This document shows positions 22,581 through 35,427 of a stretch of DNA of 64,000 bases, piece by piece. The notes beneath the pieces were generated by a model. That model was not told where the DNA came from. It saw nothing but the letters and a program-made list of their open reading frames with translations, and searched no databases. This DNA comes from Antechinus flavipes (Eukaryota), in the NCBI RefSeq assembly GCF_016432865.1, contig NC_067403.1, forward strand, positions 262,756,001 to 262,820,000, in the 5' to 3' direction. The stretch's first letter is position 1. Each line of letters opens with the position of its first letter. Both the position numbers and the translations under genes were made by a program.

Positions 22581-23055
22581 TGTAATGATCCAGAACTCTG
22601 GAGAAGTGTACTTAAAACAATGTGTTAACCCAGTGGAATTGAAAAGGATTATCTAGTTTAGCATGGTGTTCATGGTGATTAGTTATCTAATTTAGCATGG
22701 TGATGAATAGTTCTCTAGTTCAGTACATGTAATTAGTACTTAACATAGTTCTACAAGATTCACACCTATGATGATATAATTATAATAGAGTGTATAAAAG
22801 CCAACAAGGACTGGGAGAGAGACATTCACTCCATCTCCCAACACCGTGGTGGCTGGCCTGTCCTGCCTTTCTCCACTGAGACCAAGGCCCATCTGAAGGG
22901 CCTCCAGAAAGCTAGCCTGGGTCCCTGGCAAGGACACAGACTGTGAAGGAGACAATAAAAAATTAATACTTTATCCCTGGCTATTCTCGTGGTGATCACT
23001 CTGCTGAAATGCAGGCTGGTCCAGAGACCTCCAGAAAGCTAACCAGAACATTACA
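22581..23055 (+). mobile_element. Solo LTR (475 bp)
   Basis: TGTAATG...CATTACA terminal inverted repeat and GAAAGA/GAAAGG TSD (1 mismatch). U3-like repeats TTATCTAGTTTAGCATGGTG, TATAAAA at about 22794, AATAAA at about 22954. Absent at the paralogous site near 29900. Confidence 0.88.
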
Positions 23056-23295
23056 GAAAGGCTGGGAGACTTCCCCATCAGCTATGTCAGTGTGCCTCTT
23101 CGCTCCTATCTTAGAAAGGCTAGCTATCTATAGCAACCAGAAAAGGGAAAGTCAGTGAGGGAAGAAGAAAGGAAAGGGGAGGCAAAGTCACCTCTCCAGA
23201 GAAGGAGGTCATGGCTTCTCCAGCCCATAGCCTAGGATCTCTCAAGTCATGAATGGGGCCAAGTATAGGCTAGCAGGCCAAGAAGAAAAACTTTA

Positions 23296-25195
23296 TCCAC
23301 TTTGCCTTACTATTTGGGGCCACTTCCCACCTTTTCTTTTGTTCATTAGGAGAGAAAGTAGACAATCTTAGCATGCCTTGAACAGGCCAAGGTTTTTAGG
23401 ACCCTAAAAACTAAATTAATCTTCTGCTTGGAATTTTTTACACCATACATTGATGGAAAGCAAGCTTAGGTCCTAGGCATCTCTGAACCCTATCCTAGAC
23501 TCCTTGCTTACTTCTCAAAGATCTGTACTGACTTCAAATACATTTTTCATGTTTTGCCTGATCATGGGACTACATGGAAAGGAAGGGGGATTCATTTCAG
23601 GTGAAAGGAAACAGGCTACAGATCAGCTGCCTGTGTGGCTACCTGTTTGCCCTTGACCATGACAACTTTAGTTCCCCAACTCCTGACTCCTGCATTTCCT
23701 CATATAGCTCCTAGGCAAGTAAATTTTGAAAGGATTGTGTAAAAAGCCTGGACATGTGCCCCCTTGCAGGAGCTTCAAACTGCTTTTGGTTTTGTTGACA
23801 CCTGTAATAGCTGGGTAAAAGCCTTCCCTGTTAAACTAAGTGCCCTAGGATTTTTGCTGGGGGAAATCATACTCACTGAAAGGCACAGTGTTCCCCCCAT
23901 TGCCCTAGTTCTTTGAGGAAACAAAGCAAGAATTTGGGGAAAACATTCTTTGGTTTTATCCTAGGAAAAGCTGCTTGGATGAGGCATTCATGATTGACTC
24001 ATCTCCCCCACCCCAGCCTTCCTCTGGGTGAGATTCCTGCTTCCTGTCCCTAGTAATCTCCCTATTAACTCCACTTTTGTTTATTGTTTTTCTTTTGCTC
24101 ATGTCTGGGCCTTATATTTTTAATCTACTTGTGAAAGTAGCTTCTTCCAGACTCTGTCATCAAATTCCAACCACCTGGTCAACCCGAAATCACCTGAGTC
24201 CTGATTCTGACATTCAGGACCAGAGGCTGCTGCTGCCATCTATGAGTCACTTGTCTCACCTGCTCAGTCTGGATCCCACTGGGCAGGGACGGCTCTACCC
24301 CCCTGGTCAGCCTGAAGCCGCTCCTGAAGAGGAGACCTTCATCCCGCTGTCCCAAATGAGCCTGGGTCCGGACTGCTTGAGTGGAGATGCAGTGACAATG
24401 GCCATGAGGCCCCGGCCCTCCACAGTGCTGCAGTTCTGTGTTTGCTGCTCTGTTGGTCTGTGATGATGCGGTTTCTAAGACAGATAGTGGGAGTTGGTGA
24501 ACGTGGAGTCTCTGCCTCCTGCTTATTGTTTTAAGCAACAATACACATCCTTAGAATAGTTCAAGATTTCTTAACTAAAAAGGGATTCCTGAAAGCTTCC
24601 ACTGATGTGCTGGTTGGTTCTAAGTGGCGGAGGGCAGAATACTGAAGAGAGCAAGCAGCTCACAGGCCTAGGTAACAAAGATGCTCGAGTGGAAGAAATA
24701 CATGAGAACTGTGGCAAGAAATCATCCAATGTAGGAGAAAAAGAGGATTGAGTGAGATCACATGACATTTTCTCAGAGTCCATGAGAGCATCGGTGAGAA
24801 TAATCTCTCTTCTCTGAAGAGCCTGAAGATCAGACCTTGGGCCCAGGTTACAGGAATCACATGATCTCTGGGCCTAGAGGTCTCTAGAGGGCAAATCCTA
24901 AGTCAGCTTTAGGAAGTGACTTGACCCACAGGAAGCAGACAATATTGGTGAACTTTGATCAATAATAGTTACTTCCTTTTTAATCCATCCAATGTAAAGA
25001 TATGAGTCTTTGCTATTTAACCAGCTTTGCTAATTCCTGTTTGCCGGATCAGGCACATTTTGGGAATTTAGATGCCTCCCTGATGTGCTTGGGTGTCTCC
25101 CTGAAGGGACTAAATAAATGTTTACTCTTGGTACCTGAAGATGTCTTTGATTACTTTCTTTGGCGAAGAGGGTCTAGCACCCATCCCACACATGG
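23296..25195 (+). mobile_element. Internally deleted ERV1/gamma-like provirus remnant (integrase, env C-terminus, probable 3' LTR)
   Basis: 23777-23829 gives LLLV-VDTCNSWVKAFP (one-base deletion), resembling the gammaretroviral integrase motif LLVFVDTFSGWVEAFP. 24061-24155 gives LLFIVFLLLMSGPYIFNLLVKVASSRL, resembling the env TM tail GPCIFNLLVKFVSSRI. AATAAA at 25113. Absent from paralogous units; boundaries are approximate. Confidence 0.65.
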
Positions 25196-27098
25196 AGACC
25201 AAGATATCCCACCACTCCACTGAGCAAGAGAGACCTTGGAGCTATAGGCAATAGAGCCACAAGACACTATTGAAGATCAACAAAAGGTCATGAGGATCAG
25301 GATAAATTAATAAAAGATGGCAGAAGGTGGGGAAGAGGGGAAGAAGAGACTATCATGTCTGCAAGGTTGTCCACCCAACAGCCTGGTAATGACAAAAATG
25401 TGGAACACAGGAAGGCAGAATAAAAGTGTAGACCAACCTCTCACACCACATGCCAAGAGAAGGTCCAAGTGGATGCACCGTTCACACCAAAAGACTGAGA
25501 TCTCTAGCCAGTTTTAGAGCTGCCTGATCTAGGGAAATGACTGACTACCCAACAGGATCCAGGGAGCATGCTGACATGCAAGAGAGAGTGTTCGGATTAG
25601 GTGACATTCAAAGGGATTTGCCCAAAGAAAACCAAATCCGCACTAGTTGGAACAAAACACACAAATGAAGATGGGGCTGGGCATATACCTCAGCCCCTAT
25701 TTCTCCAATAGACAGAGAAATGGGTTGTCATTCCCCAACTGACCAATGGTCAAATGATAAGAAGAAGCAGTTTTGAGATAAAGAAATGCAAGGAGGCTCA
25801 TGTCTTATGACAAAATGGCCTAAATCGGCTGGATCAGAGAAGTGCAAGTCGAACACTTTGGAGCTCCCATCTCAGACCCATCAGATTGGTCTTTGGGAAG
25901 TAAGGAAAAACAGTGGATTTCAAAGGACCCCTGGGAAAACTGGGACATGGATACACATTGAGTGAACTGATCCACACATTTTGGAAAGACATTTAAAATT
26001 ATGCCCAAAGGGTCAGGACACTCAGAATACACTGTGAGGTAACAGAACCATGATTTGTTCTGTATTCCAAAGAGATTTCAGAAAGAACCTCTCAGTACCC
26101 AGCATTTGTAGGAGCTCTTTGTGGCGTGGCTCAGAATGAGCAATGAAGGGAATGCATCTCATTGGGGGCCAGCTCAACAAGCGGTGCCATTCCATTAGGG
26201 GGAACTCTCAGTGTGCTCTGAGACATAACCAGCAGGATGATTTCAGAACAACCTGGAAACATGGACAACAACTGATGCAGACACAGGCCCAGAATCAGAG
26301 AACATTTTCGACAGTAACAGTTGAACTGTGTGTTGAACAACTGGAAATGATTTCCCTGATCTCAGCAACACCTTTTAGAGACTCCCAAAGGACTCATGAT
26401 GTAGCAGACTCTCCACCAACAGAGAAAGAATCCCGGGCATCAGAGTAATGACTAAAGCATATGATTGGTACCTCCTTCCTTCCTTCTCCCGCTGTGCTCT
26501 TTTGCCTGGAAAGGGGCAACCCAGGATCCATCTCCCTACAGGAAGACAGCAATGAGCCCCAAGTCTCATGGATGGACTCACAGGAATCTGCCTCCCCTGG
26601 CCTTGGTCCCCTCAGGATCCTGCTCCCCAGCCCAGCTCCTTCATCTCTGCTGGGTCAGGCACTCTTTGCCCAGCTGGCCCTTTGGGCTGGGCCTCCTTCT
26701 CCCTCCCTCCCTTCTCTGGGCACCCACTCCCTGGTCCCCTCTCACCTTACACAGCACAGGACCATGGTCCCTGGAGCTTGCCTGTGGTCTTGCCCCCTTC
26801 ATCCTTGGGTCATGGCTCCTTTGCCTTGTCTGCAGCAGCTTTCTCAGCCCTGCCTTGGGCCTGACTCCTCCCTCAGCCTGTTGCCTTGGGCACGGCCATG
26901 GGGCTCAGGAGCCCACCACCTTCTGCCAGGCACGTGCCTGCTGGCACCTGTTCCCAGATCTCCAGGAAGCTCCTGCTTCTTCCCTGGGCTCTCACCATCT
27001 CCTTGTCAGCTGGGGCTGATGTCGGGGAGCCTGGAGACTCCTGCCCTGAGCTCCCAGAGCCCCAGGTCCCTGTGACCAGGGCCAAACATGCCCATTTG

Positions 27099-27300
27099 CC
27101 AATCCAGGCACCTGGTGCTTCCAGGTGAGTCATGGCCACAAGGTCTGCTCCCAAACAAACCAAAGCCTGACCCAGAGGCAGCCAGTGTCCAACAACAGCC
27201 CAGGGAGCCAGGGGGCCTGCTCCTGCTTCTGCAGGGTGTCTGCAGAGGGGCTGTGGGCACGTGCCCAGGCCTGCCCCCGGGGCTGCACCACAGTATAAAA
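27099..27300 (+). promoter_or_regulatory. KRTAP5 gene 4 promoter: CCAAT, TGAGTCA 27126, TATAAAA 27294
   Basis: Motifs read directly. Confidence 0.8.
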
Positions 27301-27398
27301 ACTGGGAGCTGAGAGGGGCTTCCACAACCCACTGTCTCCTCTCTCTCTTGAGACCTTCCTCCCCTGTGGACACAAATCTCTTCCAATCTCTCAACATC

Positions 27399-28148
27399 AT
27401 GAGCTGCTGTGGCTGTTCAGGAGGCTGTGGCTCCAGCTGTGGAGGCTGTGGCTCCAGCTGCTGTGTGCCCGTCTGCTGCTGCAAACCTGTGTGCTGCTGT
27501 GTGCCAGCCTGCTCCTGCTCTAGCTGTGGTGGAGGCTGCAAGGGAGGCTGTGGCTCTAGCTGTGGGGGCTGCAAAGGAGGCTGTGGTTCCAGCTGTGGGG
27601 GCTGCAAGGGAGGCTGTGGTTCCAGCTGTGGGGGCTGCAAGGGAGGGTGTGGCTCCAGCTGTGGGGGCTGCAAGGGGGGCTGTGGCTCCAGCTGTGGGGG
27701 CTGCAAGGGGGGCTGTGGTTCCAGCTGTGGGGGCTGCAAGGGAGGGTGTGGCTCCAGCTGTGGGGGCTGCAAGGGGGGCTGTAGCTCCAGCTGTGGGTGC
27801 TGCAAGGGAGGCTGTGGCTCTAGCTGTGGGGGCTGCTGTCAGTCCAGCTGCTGCAAACCTTGCTGCTGCCAGTCCAGCTGCTGCAAGCCTGTCTGCTGTT
27901 GTGTGCCTGCTTGCTGCTGCTCCAGCTGTGGTGGAGNNNNNNNNNNNNNNNNNNNNNNNNNNNNNNNNNNNNNNNNNNNNNNNNNNNNNNNNNNNNNNNN
28001 NNNNNNNNNNNNNNNNNNNNNNNNNNNNNNNNNNNNNNNNNNNNNNNNNNNNNNNNNNNNNNNNNNNNNNNNNNNNNNNNNNNNNNNNNNNNNNNNNNNN
28101 NNNNNNNNNNNNNNNNNNNNNNNNNNNNNNNNCCAGTGTAAGATCTGA
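27399..28148 (+). CDS. KRTAP5: KRTAP5-family gene 4 (type B, 9 [11 protein letters not shown] repeats, ends QCKI*)
   Basis: ATG 27399, TGA 28146-28148, TATA 27294, AATAAA 28649. One internal N-run (27937-28132). Confidence 0.88.
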   Translation: MSCCGCSGGCGSSCGGCGSSCCVPVCCCKPVCCCVPACSCSSCGGGCKGGCGSSCGGCKGGCGSSCGGCKGGCGSSCGGCKGGCGSSCGGCKGGCGSSCGGCKGGCGSSCGGCKGGCGSSCGGCKGGCSSSCGCCKGGCGSSCGGCCQSSCCKPCCCQSSCCKPVCCCVPACCCSSCGGXXXXXXXXXXXXXXXXXXXXXXXXXXXXXXXXXXXXXXXXXXXXXXXXXXXXXXXXXXXXXXXXXXQCKI

Positions 28149-31100
28149 AGCTCACATCATCCCTTTCCCATTCGACTGTGAGGAAAACTTGCCCCTCATC
28201 ACCAAAATCCCTCCTCCACTTCCAGCTCCCATCCCCAGCTCCTGTCTCAGCATCCTTGCTGATGTCTCAGGCCCCAGGACCATCAAGGAACCCTGAGTCT
28301 GGGATTTCCTGATCTCGTTATTTAGCCAAGAGTTAACTGGGTCGTCACAGGAGCACCTCCTATCCTCATCTCCCCCATCCTTCACACACTCTGCCAAATG
28401 GACATCACCCTGCCAAGAACACTCGGCAAAGGGCTGCCCAGTACATCATGCAGACCTCCAGGGGAACCTCTAGTTCATCTCCAAGGATCATCTGCCCTGC
28501 CTCCAAATGTGGAGCCAGTGCTGGGTATTGCTGAGCTGCCTCCCAACAATCTTTGTTCCCAGACTCCCCAACTCTCTCCTCCAAAGGGTCTCTGCTTATC
28601 TTGGCTACCTTGGGCTGTCCCTGAAAACCCAGGAAATCATTTTGTTTCAATAAAAGCTACTCTTAACCCTGAAAATGTCTTGCTTGTCTTCATAAATCTC
28701 TTAGGGTGGTCTTAAGGCCAGGGCCTTGAGCACTTAGTCAGCCCTTTTCACAGGCAGGTGCATCAGGGGCTCTTGATCTGGCACATTGGGAGATCGGGGA
28801 GCACTGGTCCAGAACTGGTCCCTTTGCCACATTTCTCTTGCCTTCGATCAACACTGAGTGACTTCTCCAGGGATGAGCTCAATTCCAAGAGCTCAAGCTT
28901 TTAGAGCCCATTCTGGGCACTTGGCTTCGAGGGATTTGGGCCTCCATTTTCCAAGGGAAATACTCAATGTGTAGGGCTTAAGGGGCTGCCCCATTATCTC
29001 CTGCCTGCCCTTCTCCAGTCAGACTGGGCTTCAGAAGAATGCATGTAGAGGAATGGCCGCCCCATTCTCCAGCTGACTCCAAATGCTTTTGGATTCCCTG
29101 AACAGACCCAGCCCCTGACCAACCACACAGGAGCCATACTTCCTCAACCTAGAAGGAGTGCTCTTGAGTATTAGCACCTCAGGGAGCCTTTCTACTAACT
29201 TCTCATGAACTAGATCTGGTTACATCCATTCGGATGTTGACTCTGCATGTGCTGGGGAATAGTCTGACTCAGAGCCTCTTCCAGGCTTCTAATTGTGGTG
29301 CCCTCCTTGGGCAGGCCTTCCAGGCCTACCTACCATGTTTGGGGGAAATGCACATATTGTGTTAGACAAGAAAAGGGCACACAGAGACACACAGAAACTG
29401 AGAGAGAGAGACTGACCCAGAGGGATAGAGACACAGAATTAGTTGGGGGTTTGTATTTCACAAATTATTTCATCAAGAAGATGATTGTTATAGTAGTGAT
29501 AACAAAACCTGAGTGGGATAAGATAGGCTGAGAAAAATATTGACAACCTCCAGGAAGGAACCATCAAAAATTAAGCAGAAATAAAATGGAAAACCAAAGG
29601 AGCAGCCACTTTTTCATAAATATGTAGTGACCAGTTTGCAGAATGCAAAATTGGTTCCTTGAACTTTTTTCCATGATCTGAAAAGATAGAAAATGTCTTT
29701 GCATCAACTATCAGTTGGGCAGAGAAGCCCCACTGAGAATATATGGTTATACAGAGAAGAATGGCCTTAGCCAAGAGATCCCGCCTGCTTCTGCAGTTTG
29801 GTAGAGCCCCCAAAAGGGAAGGAAAACAAGCTCTTTTCTGGAATGTTTTTGACAGACCCCCACCTCGGACCAAGTGCCAGCACCATTGGGAATGGGGAAA
29901 ACCTCATGACTTCCTTATCAGCGGTGGGCCTGTGGGCCTGGGCCTCTGTTCTCCTAGGGCAGGTGTCTTAGAAAGGCTAATCATAGCAACCAGAAAAGGG
30001 AAAGCAAGGGAGGGAAGAAGAAAGGAAAGGGGAGGCAAAGTCACTCTCCAGAGAAGGAGTTCATGGCTTCTCTAGCCCATGGCCTAGGATCCCTCAAGCC
30101 ATGAATGGGCCCAAGTCACAGCTCCAATAGGCTAGTAGGCCAAGAAGAAAAACTTCCAGCCTGCCAAGGCCTAAGAGCAAACACTCTTTCCACTCTTCCC
30201 TGAGGCAGACAAAGAAGCAACAGTTTCTCTTCAGGTAACAATGAAACCCCAAGAAGGGCTGGGCAGCAAGTAGCTCTGCAGGCAGCAGGTCTCTCCCCTA
30301 AGCTCTGTCCTCATTTCCCCAGCCAGGGCTGCACCCACTCAGACACAGAGAACAAGCACAGGAGTGTTCCTGTCTGGCCCACGCCACTTTTGGGAAAGGA
30401 AGTTGCTACTCAAGTGGCTGGAGAGCTGGGTATCCCACCTGTCCAATGAGCAAGAGAGACCTTGGAGTTGTGGGCAATGGAGTCACAAGCCACCTTTGAA
30501 TCATACCAAGAAATCACCAGGATCAGGGCTAGATAGAAAGAAGATGGGAGCAGGTGGGGGAGAGGGGAAGGAGGGGCTAACATGTCTGCAAGAGTGGTCC
30601 ACTGACAACCTGGTAGTGCACAAGTAGAAAAGCAGATGAAGCAAAGTGAGGAGAGGGACAAGTCCTCATTGTATCCACACCATGAAGCCCCTGGGATTTT
30701 AAGAAGCCCAGTTCATGAAAAGGACTCCTCCCATCCCTTTCATGCCAGAACGCTTCTGGGGATTGTGACTAGAGGGATGGAAGATTTGGGCTCCATCTCT
30801 TTGGGAAGCGCCCTTTCCATCTTGGCCTAGGATTGAATTCAACAAGGAACCATGGGCTTGGCTGGAAGAAGGTGGCCATCGGGTAAGATGGGCAGTAGGG
30901 CTTGGGCCTGTGGCCAAGGGTCTCTTTGTGAAGGGTTAGTGGATGCAGATGATAAAGCAAAGATGGTGGTCAGGTGAGCCATGATGAGGGGAGAGAAAGG
31001 TGGCAGGGATACAGACAGCTTCTTGGGGGCAAGTAGGTGGTACCAAGGGCAGAGCAACAGAGTGAAAAAAAGGAGGAAATCTTCCTGGGGATATTTACTC

Positions 31101-32158
31101 TCAAAGACAGGTGAGGTCTGGCCTTCCTGGCTGAGCTAGGGACCTTTGGCTGGGGAGCTAATCCTCTCCAACCTTCCTATTAGTTGCAGGCCCTGTCCTC
31201 AATCCTGCCCAATCCAAGAGGGAAAGCCCCACCTGCAGGGCCAAAGCAGCACAAAGAACAAAGAGAAGAGCCTCCCTGCCTGGGGTGGGATGCAAGAATG
31301 CAGCCACAAGACTCCTATGGGACCAGGTGTCAATGTGCATCATAAGGTGCTAAGTATCCAAACCAGCTCTTCCTCCAAAGGAAACAAAGGGGAGAGCTAG
31401 AGCAGGGGAAGAGACTCGGGACACAGGACACTAGGAACTGTACAGTTTGCTGAACCCAAAGACCCAAGCTTTAGGGATAAAACTCATTCATTGACAAAAA
31501 CTGCTGGGAAACATGGAACACAGGAAGGCAGAATGAAGGTGTAGACCAGCCTCTCTCACCACATGCCAAGAGAAGATGGATCCATCATTTAGACCTAAAA
31601 GCTGATATCTCCAATCCATGCTAGAGCTGGCTGATCTATGGATCGGGATATGACTGAGTACCCAACAGGATCCAGGGAGCATGCTGACATGCAAGAGGGA
31701 GCATTTGGATTAAGTGACATTCAAGGGATTTGCCCAAAGAAAACCAAATCCGCACTAGTTGGAACAAAAGCAGGTTGGAGGTAGGGCTGGGCCTGTGTGT
31801 ATTACCCAAAGTAGCTCTGCTTCAGCCCCCATTTCTCCAGTAGAGGGTGAATTGGGTCAAAGGCATGAGAATCCTTGCTATTCACCAACTAACCAATGGT
31901 CAAACAATAGGAAGAAGCAATTTTGAGACAAAGAAATCCAAGGAGACTCATGTCTTATGCCAAAATGGCCTAAATTGGCTGGATCAGAGAAGTGCAAGTC
32001 GAACACTTTGGAGCTCCCACCTCAGACCCATCAGATTGGTCTTTGGGAAGTAAGGAAAAACAGTGGATTTCAAAGGACCCCTGGGAAAACTGGGACATGG
32101 ATACACATTGAGTGAACTGATCCACACATTTAGGAAAGACATTTAAAACTATGCCCAA

Positions 32159-32693
32159 CAACCCTTTTTGAAGTGGCTAGAAAGTGGAAACTGAATGGAT
32201 GCCCATCAATTGGAGAATGGTTGAATAAGTGATGGAATGTGAATGTTATGGAATACTATGGTTCTGTAAGAAAGGACCAGCAGGATCATTTCAGAGAGGC
32301 CAGAACAGACTTACAGGAACCAATGCTGAGTGAAGTGAGCAGGACCAGGACATCATTATACATGGCAACAACAATTCTGATGGACTTGGCTCTTTCTGTT
32401 ACTGTTTGCTTGTATTTTTGTTTTCCTCCTCAGTTTTTTTTCTTTCTAAATCCAAATTTTCTTGTGCAGCAAAATAAGTGTATAAATATGTATACATATG
32501 TTGGATTTAATATATATTATAACATATCTAACAAGTATTGGACTACCTGCCAGCTAGGGGATGGGGTGGAAGGAAGGAGGGGAAAAGTTAGAACAGAAGG
32601 TTTTGCAAGGGTCAATGTTGAAAAACTACCCATGCATATGTTTTGTAAATAAAAAGCCATCACAATAATAAAAACTGAAATAAAAAAATAAAA
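32159..32693 (+). mobile_element. 5'-truncated L1 3' fragment (535 bp), different subfamily
   Basis: 14-bp TSD AAAACTATGCC(C/T)AA at 32145-32158 and 32694-32707, an A-rich tail, and an empty site at about 26000. Confidence 0.85.
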
Positions 32694-34479
32694 AAAACTA
32701 TGCCTAAATGGCCATGGAACTCAGAATACACTTTGAGGTGTCAGAACCATGATTTGGTCTATAATCCAAAGAGATTTCAGAAAGAACCTCTCAGTACCCA
32801 GCATTTGTAGGAGCTCTTTGTGGCGCGACTCAGAATGAGTAATGAAGGGAATGCACCTCATTGGGGGCCAGCTCAACAAGCGGTGCCATTCCATTAGGGG
32901 GAACTCTCAGTGCGCTCTGAGACATAACCAGCAGGACGATTTCAGAACAACCTGGAAACATGGACAACAACTGATGCAGACACAGGCCCAGAACCAGAGA
33001 ACATTTTCAACAGTAACAGCAGAACTGTGGGTTGAACATCTAGAAATGATTTCCCTGATCTCAGCAACACCTTTTAGAGACTCCCAAAGGACTCATGATG
33101 TAGCAGACTCTCCACCAACAGAGAAAGAAAATCCAGGAATCTGAATAGTGACCAAAGCATACCTCCCTCCCTCCCTCTCTTCCTTGCTTCTGCCCTTGTT
33201 CCTTCCTTCATTCCCCCCTTCCTCTCTCCCTCCCTTTTTCTTTCTTTTTTATTTTCTTACTCTGCTTTATGTTTCATTTTTTCTTGCCTTCTTTCTTTCA
33301 TCCGCTTTCCTTTTTTAAATTTTTTTCAGTTTTTCTCTTTCCTTATTTCTTGTTCAAGGACATTTCCCACACAATTATGGATATTGAAACATGTTATATA
33401 TTTGTATTTGCTTACGCTACAGCAAACCCTGTTCCTTTTCTGTGAGGTGAGAGGGAAATTGGGGCAGAAGATACCTGTGGAACTCAAAGCTTCAAGCAGG
33501 AAATGTCAGGCATGGTTTTACATGTAATTAAGGGAAAACCAACATTATTTTACAAATAGCCACAGTGAATACCCTCTCCCTTACTAGCCACTGCTTTAGG
33601 ACCTGGGGCACCATGGCCCAAAGTGGGTGAATTCCTGGCCTTCAGGCCCTGCCCATTTTTTTCTTTATCCAATGATAAAAGTTCTCTCCGTCCCTGCAGG
33701 TTTTTCTCCCATAAAAGCCCTAGTGAGCCCAAGTCTTCCCTGCTTTTCCCCAACCTCCATGAGTGCCAGGAGTCAAGGACATACTCCTTGGCATATTTGC
33801 TCCTGATTCCACCAGAGATGCAGCCCCCTAACATCTGACTCCTGACCCCCGATCTCTGACCTGTTCCCCCTCCTGCTTTGCTCTTTTGCCTGGAATGGGG
33901 AAAGCCAGGATCCATCTCCCCACAGGAAGGCAGCAATGAGCCCTAAGTCTCATAAATGGATTCCCAGGAATCTGCCTCCTCTGGCCTTGGTCCCCTCAGG
34001 ATCCTGCTCCCTAGCCCAGCTCCTTCATTTCTGCTGGGTCAGGCACTCTGCCCAGCTGGCCCTTTGGGCTGGACCTCCTTCTCCCTCCCTCCCCTCTCTA
34101 GGCATCCATTCCCTGATCCCCTCTCACCTGACACAGCACAGGACCATGGTCCCTGGAGCCCGCCTGTGGTCTTGCCCCCTTCATCCTTGGGTCATGGCTC
34201 CTTTGCCTTGTCTGCAGCAGCTTTCTCAGCCCTGCCTTGGGCCTGACTCCTCCCTCAGCCTGTTGCCTTGGGCACGGCCATGGGGCTCAGGAGCCCACCA
34301 CCTTCTGCCAGGCACGTGCCTGCTGGCACCTGCTCCCAGATCTCCAGGAAGCTCCTGCTTCTTCCCTGGCTCTCGCCATCTCCTTGTCAGCAGGGGCTGA
34401 CGTCGGGGAGCCTGGAGGCTCCTGCCCTGAGCTCCCAGAGCCCCAGGTCCCTGTGACCAAGGCCAAACAAGCCCATTTG

Positions 34480-34689
34480 CCAATCTAGGCACCTGGTGCT
34501 TCCAGGTGAGTCATGGCCACAAGGCCTGCTCCCAAACAAACCAAAGCCTGATTCTGTGGCAGTCAGGGGCCAGTGTCCAACAACAGCCCAGGGAGCCAAG
34601 GGGCCTGCTCCTGCTTCTGCAGGGGATCTGCCAGAGAGGCTGTGGGCATGTGCCCAGGCCTGTCCCCGGGACTGCACCACAGTATAAAA
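34480..34689 (+). promoter_or_regulatory. KRTAP5 gene 5 promoter: CCAAT, TGAGTCA 34507, TATAAAA 34683
   Basis: Motifs read directly. Confidence 0.8.
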
Positions 34690-34785
34690 GCTGGGAGCAG
34701 AGAGGGGCTTCCACAACCCACTGACTCCTCTCTCTTGAGACCTTCCTCCCCTGTGGACACCAATCTCTTCCAATCTCTCAGCATC

Positions 34786-35427
34786 ATGAGCTGCTGTGGC
34801 TGTTCAGGAGGCTGTGGCTCCAGCTGTGGGGGCTGTGGCTCCAGCTGCTGTGTGCCCGTCTGCTGCTGCAAACCTGTGTGCTGCTGTGTGCCAGCCTGCT
34901 CCTGCTCTAGCTGTGGTGGAGGCTGCAAGGGGGGTTGTGGCTCCAGCTGTGGGGGCTGCTGCAAGCCCTGCTGTAGTCAATCCAGCTGCTGCCAGTCCAG
35001 CTGCTGCAAGCCTGTCTGCTGCTGTGTGCCTGCTTGCTCCTGCTCCAGCTGTGGTGGAGGCTGTGGGGGTTGTTGCCAGTCCAGTTGCTGCAAGCCCTGC
35101 TGCTGCCAGTCCAGCTGCTGCAAGCCCTGCTGCTGCCAGTCCAGCTGCTGCAAGCCCTGCTGTAGTCAATCCAGCTGCTGTCAGTCCAGCTGCTGCAAGC
35201 CAGTTTGCTGCTGTGTGCCTGCTTGCTCCTGCTCCAGCTGTGGTGGAGGCTGTGGGGGTTGTTGCCAATCCAGCTGCTGCAAGCCCTGCTGCTGCCAGTC
35301 CAGCTGCTGTAAGCCCTGCTGTAGCCAATCCAGCTGCTGTCAGTCCAGCTGCTGCAAGCCTGTCTGCTGCTGTGTGCCTGCTTGCTCCTGCTCCAGCTGT
35401 GGTGGAGGCTGTGGAGGTTGTTGCTAG
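34786..35427 (+). CDS. KRTAP5: KRTAP5-family gene 5 (type A, 213 aa; ends at a CAG>TAG-derived stop)
   Basis: ATG 34786, TAG 35425-35427, TATA 34683, AATAAA 36006. Ungapped Cys/Ser/Gly-rich ORF. Confidence 0.88.
   Translation: MSCCGCSGGCGSSCGGCGSSCCVPVCCCKPVCCCVPACSCSSCGGGCKGGCGSSCGGCCKPCCSQSSCCQSSCCKPVCCCVPACSCSSCGGGCGGCCQSSCCKPCCCQSSCCKPCCCQSSCCKPCCSQSSCCQSSCCKPVCCCVPACSCSSCGGGCGGCCQSSCCKPCCCQSSCCKPCCSQSSCCQSSCCKPVCCCVPACSCSSCGGGCGGCC

Noticed and set aside
25190-25210. TGGAGACCAAGAT after the putative LTR end as a primer-binding site
   Set aside because: No good complement to a tRNA 3' end that I can name, and the position fits a 3' LTR rather than a 5' LTR.
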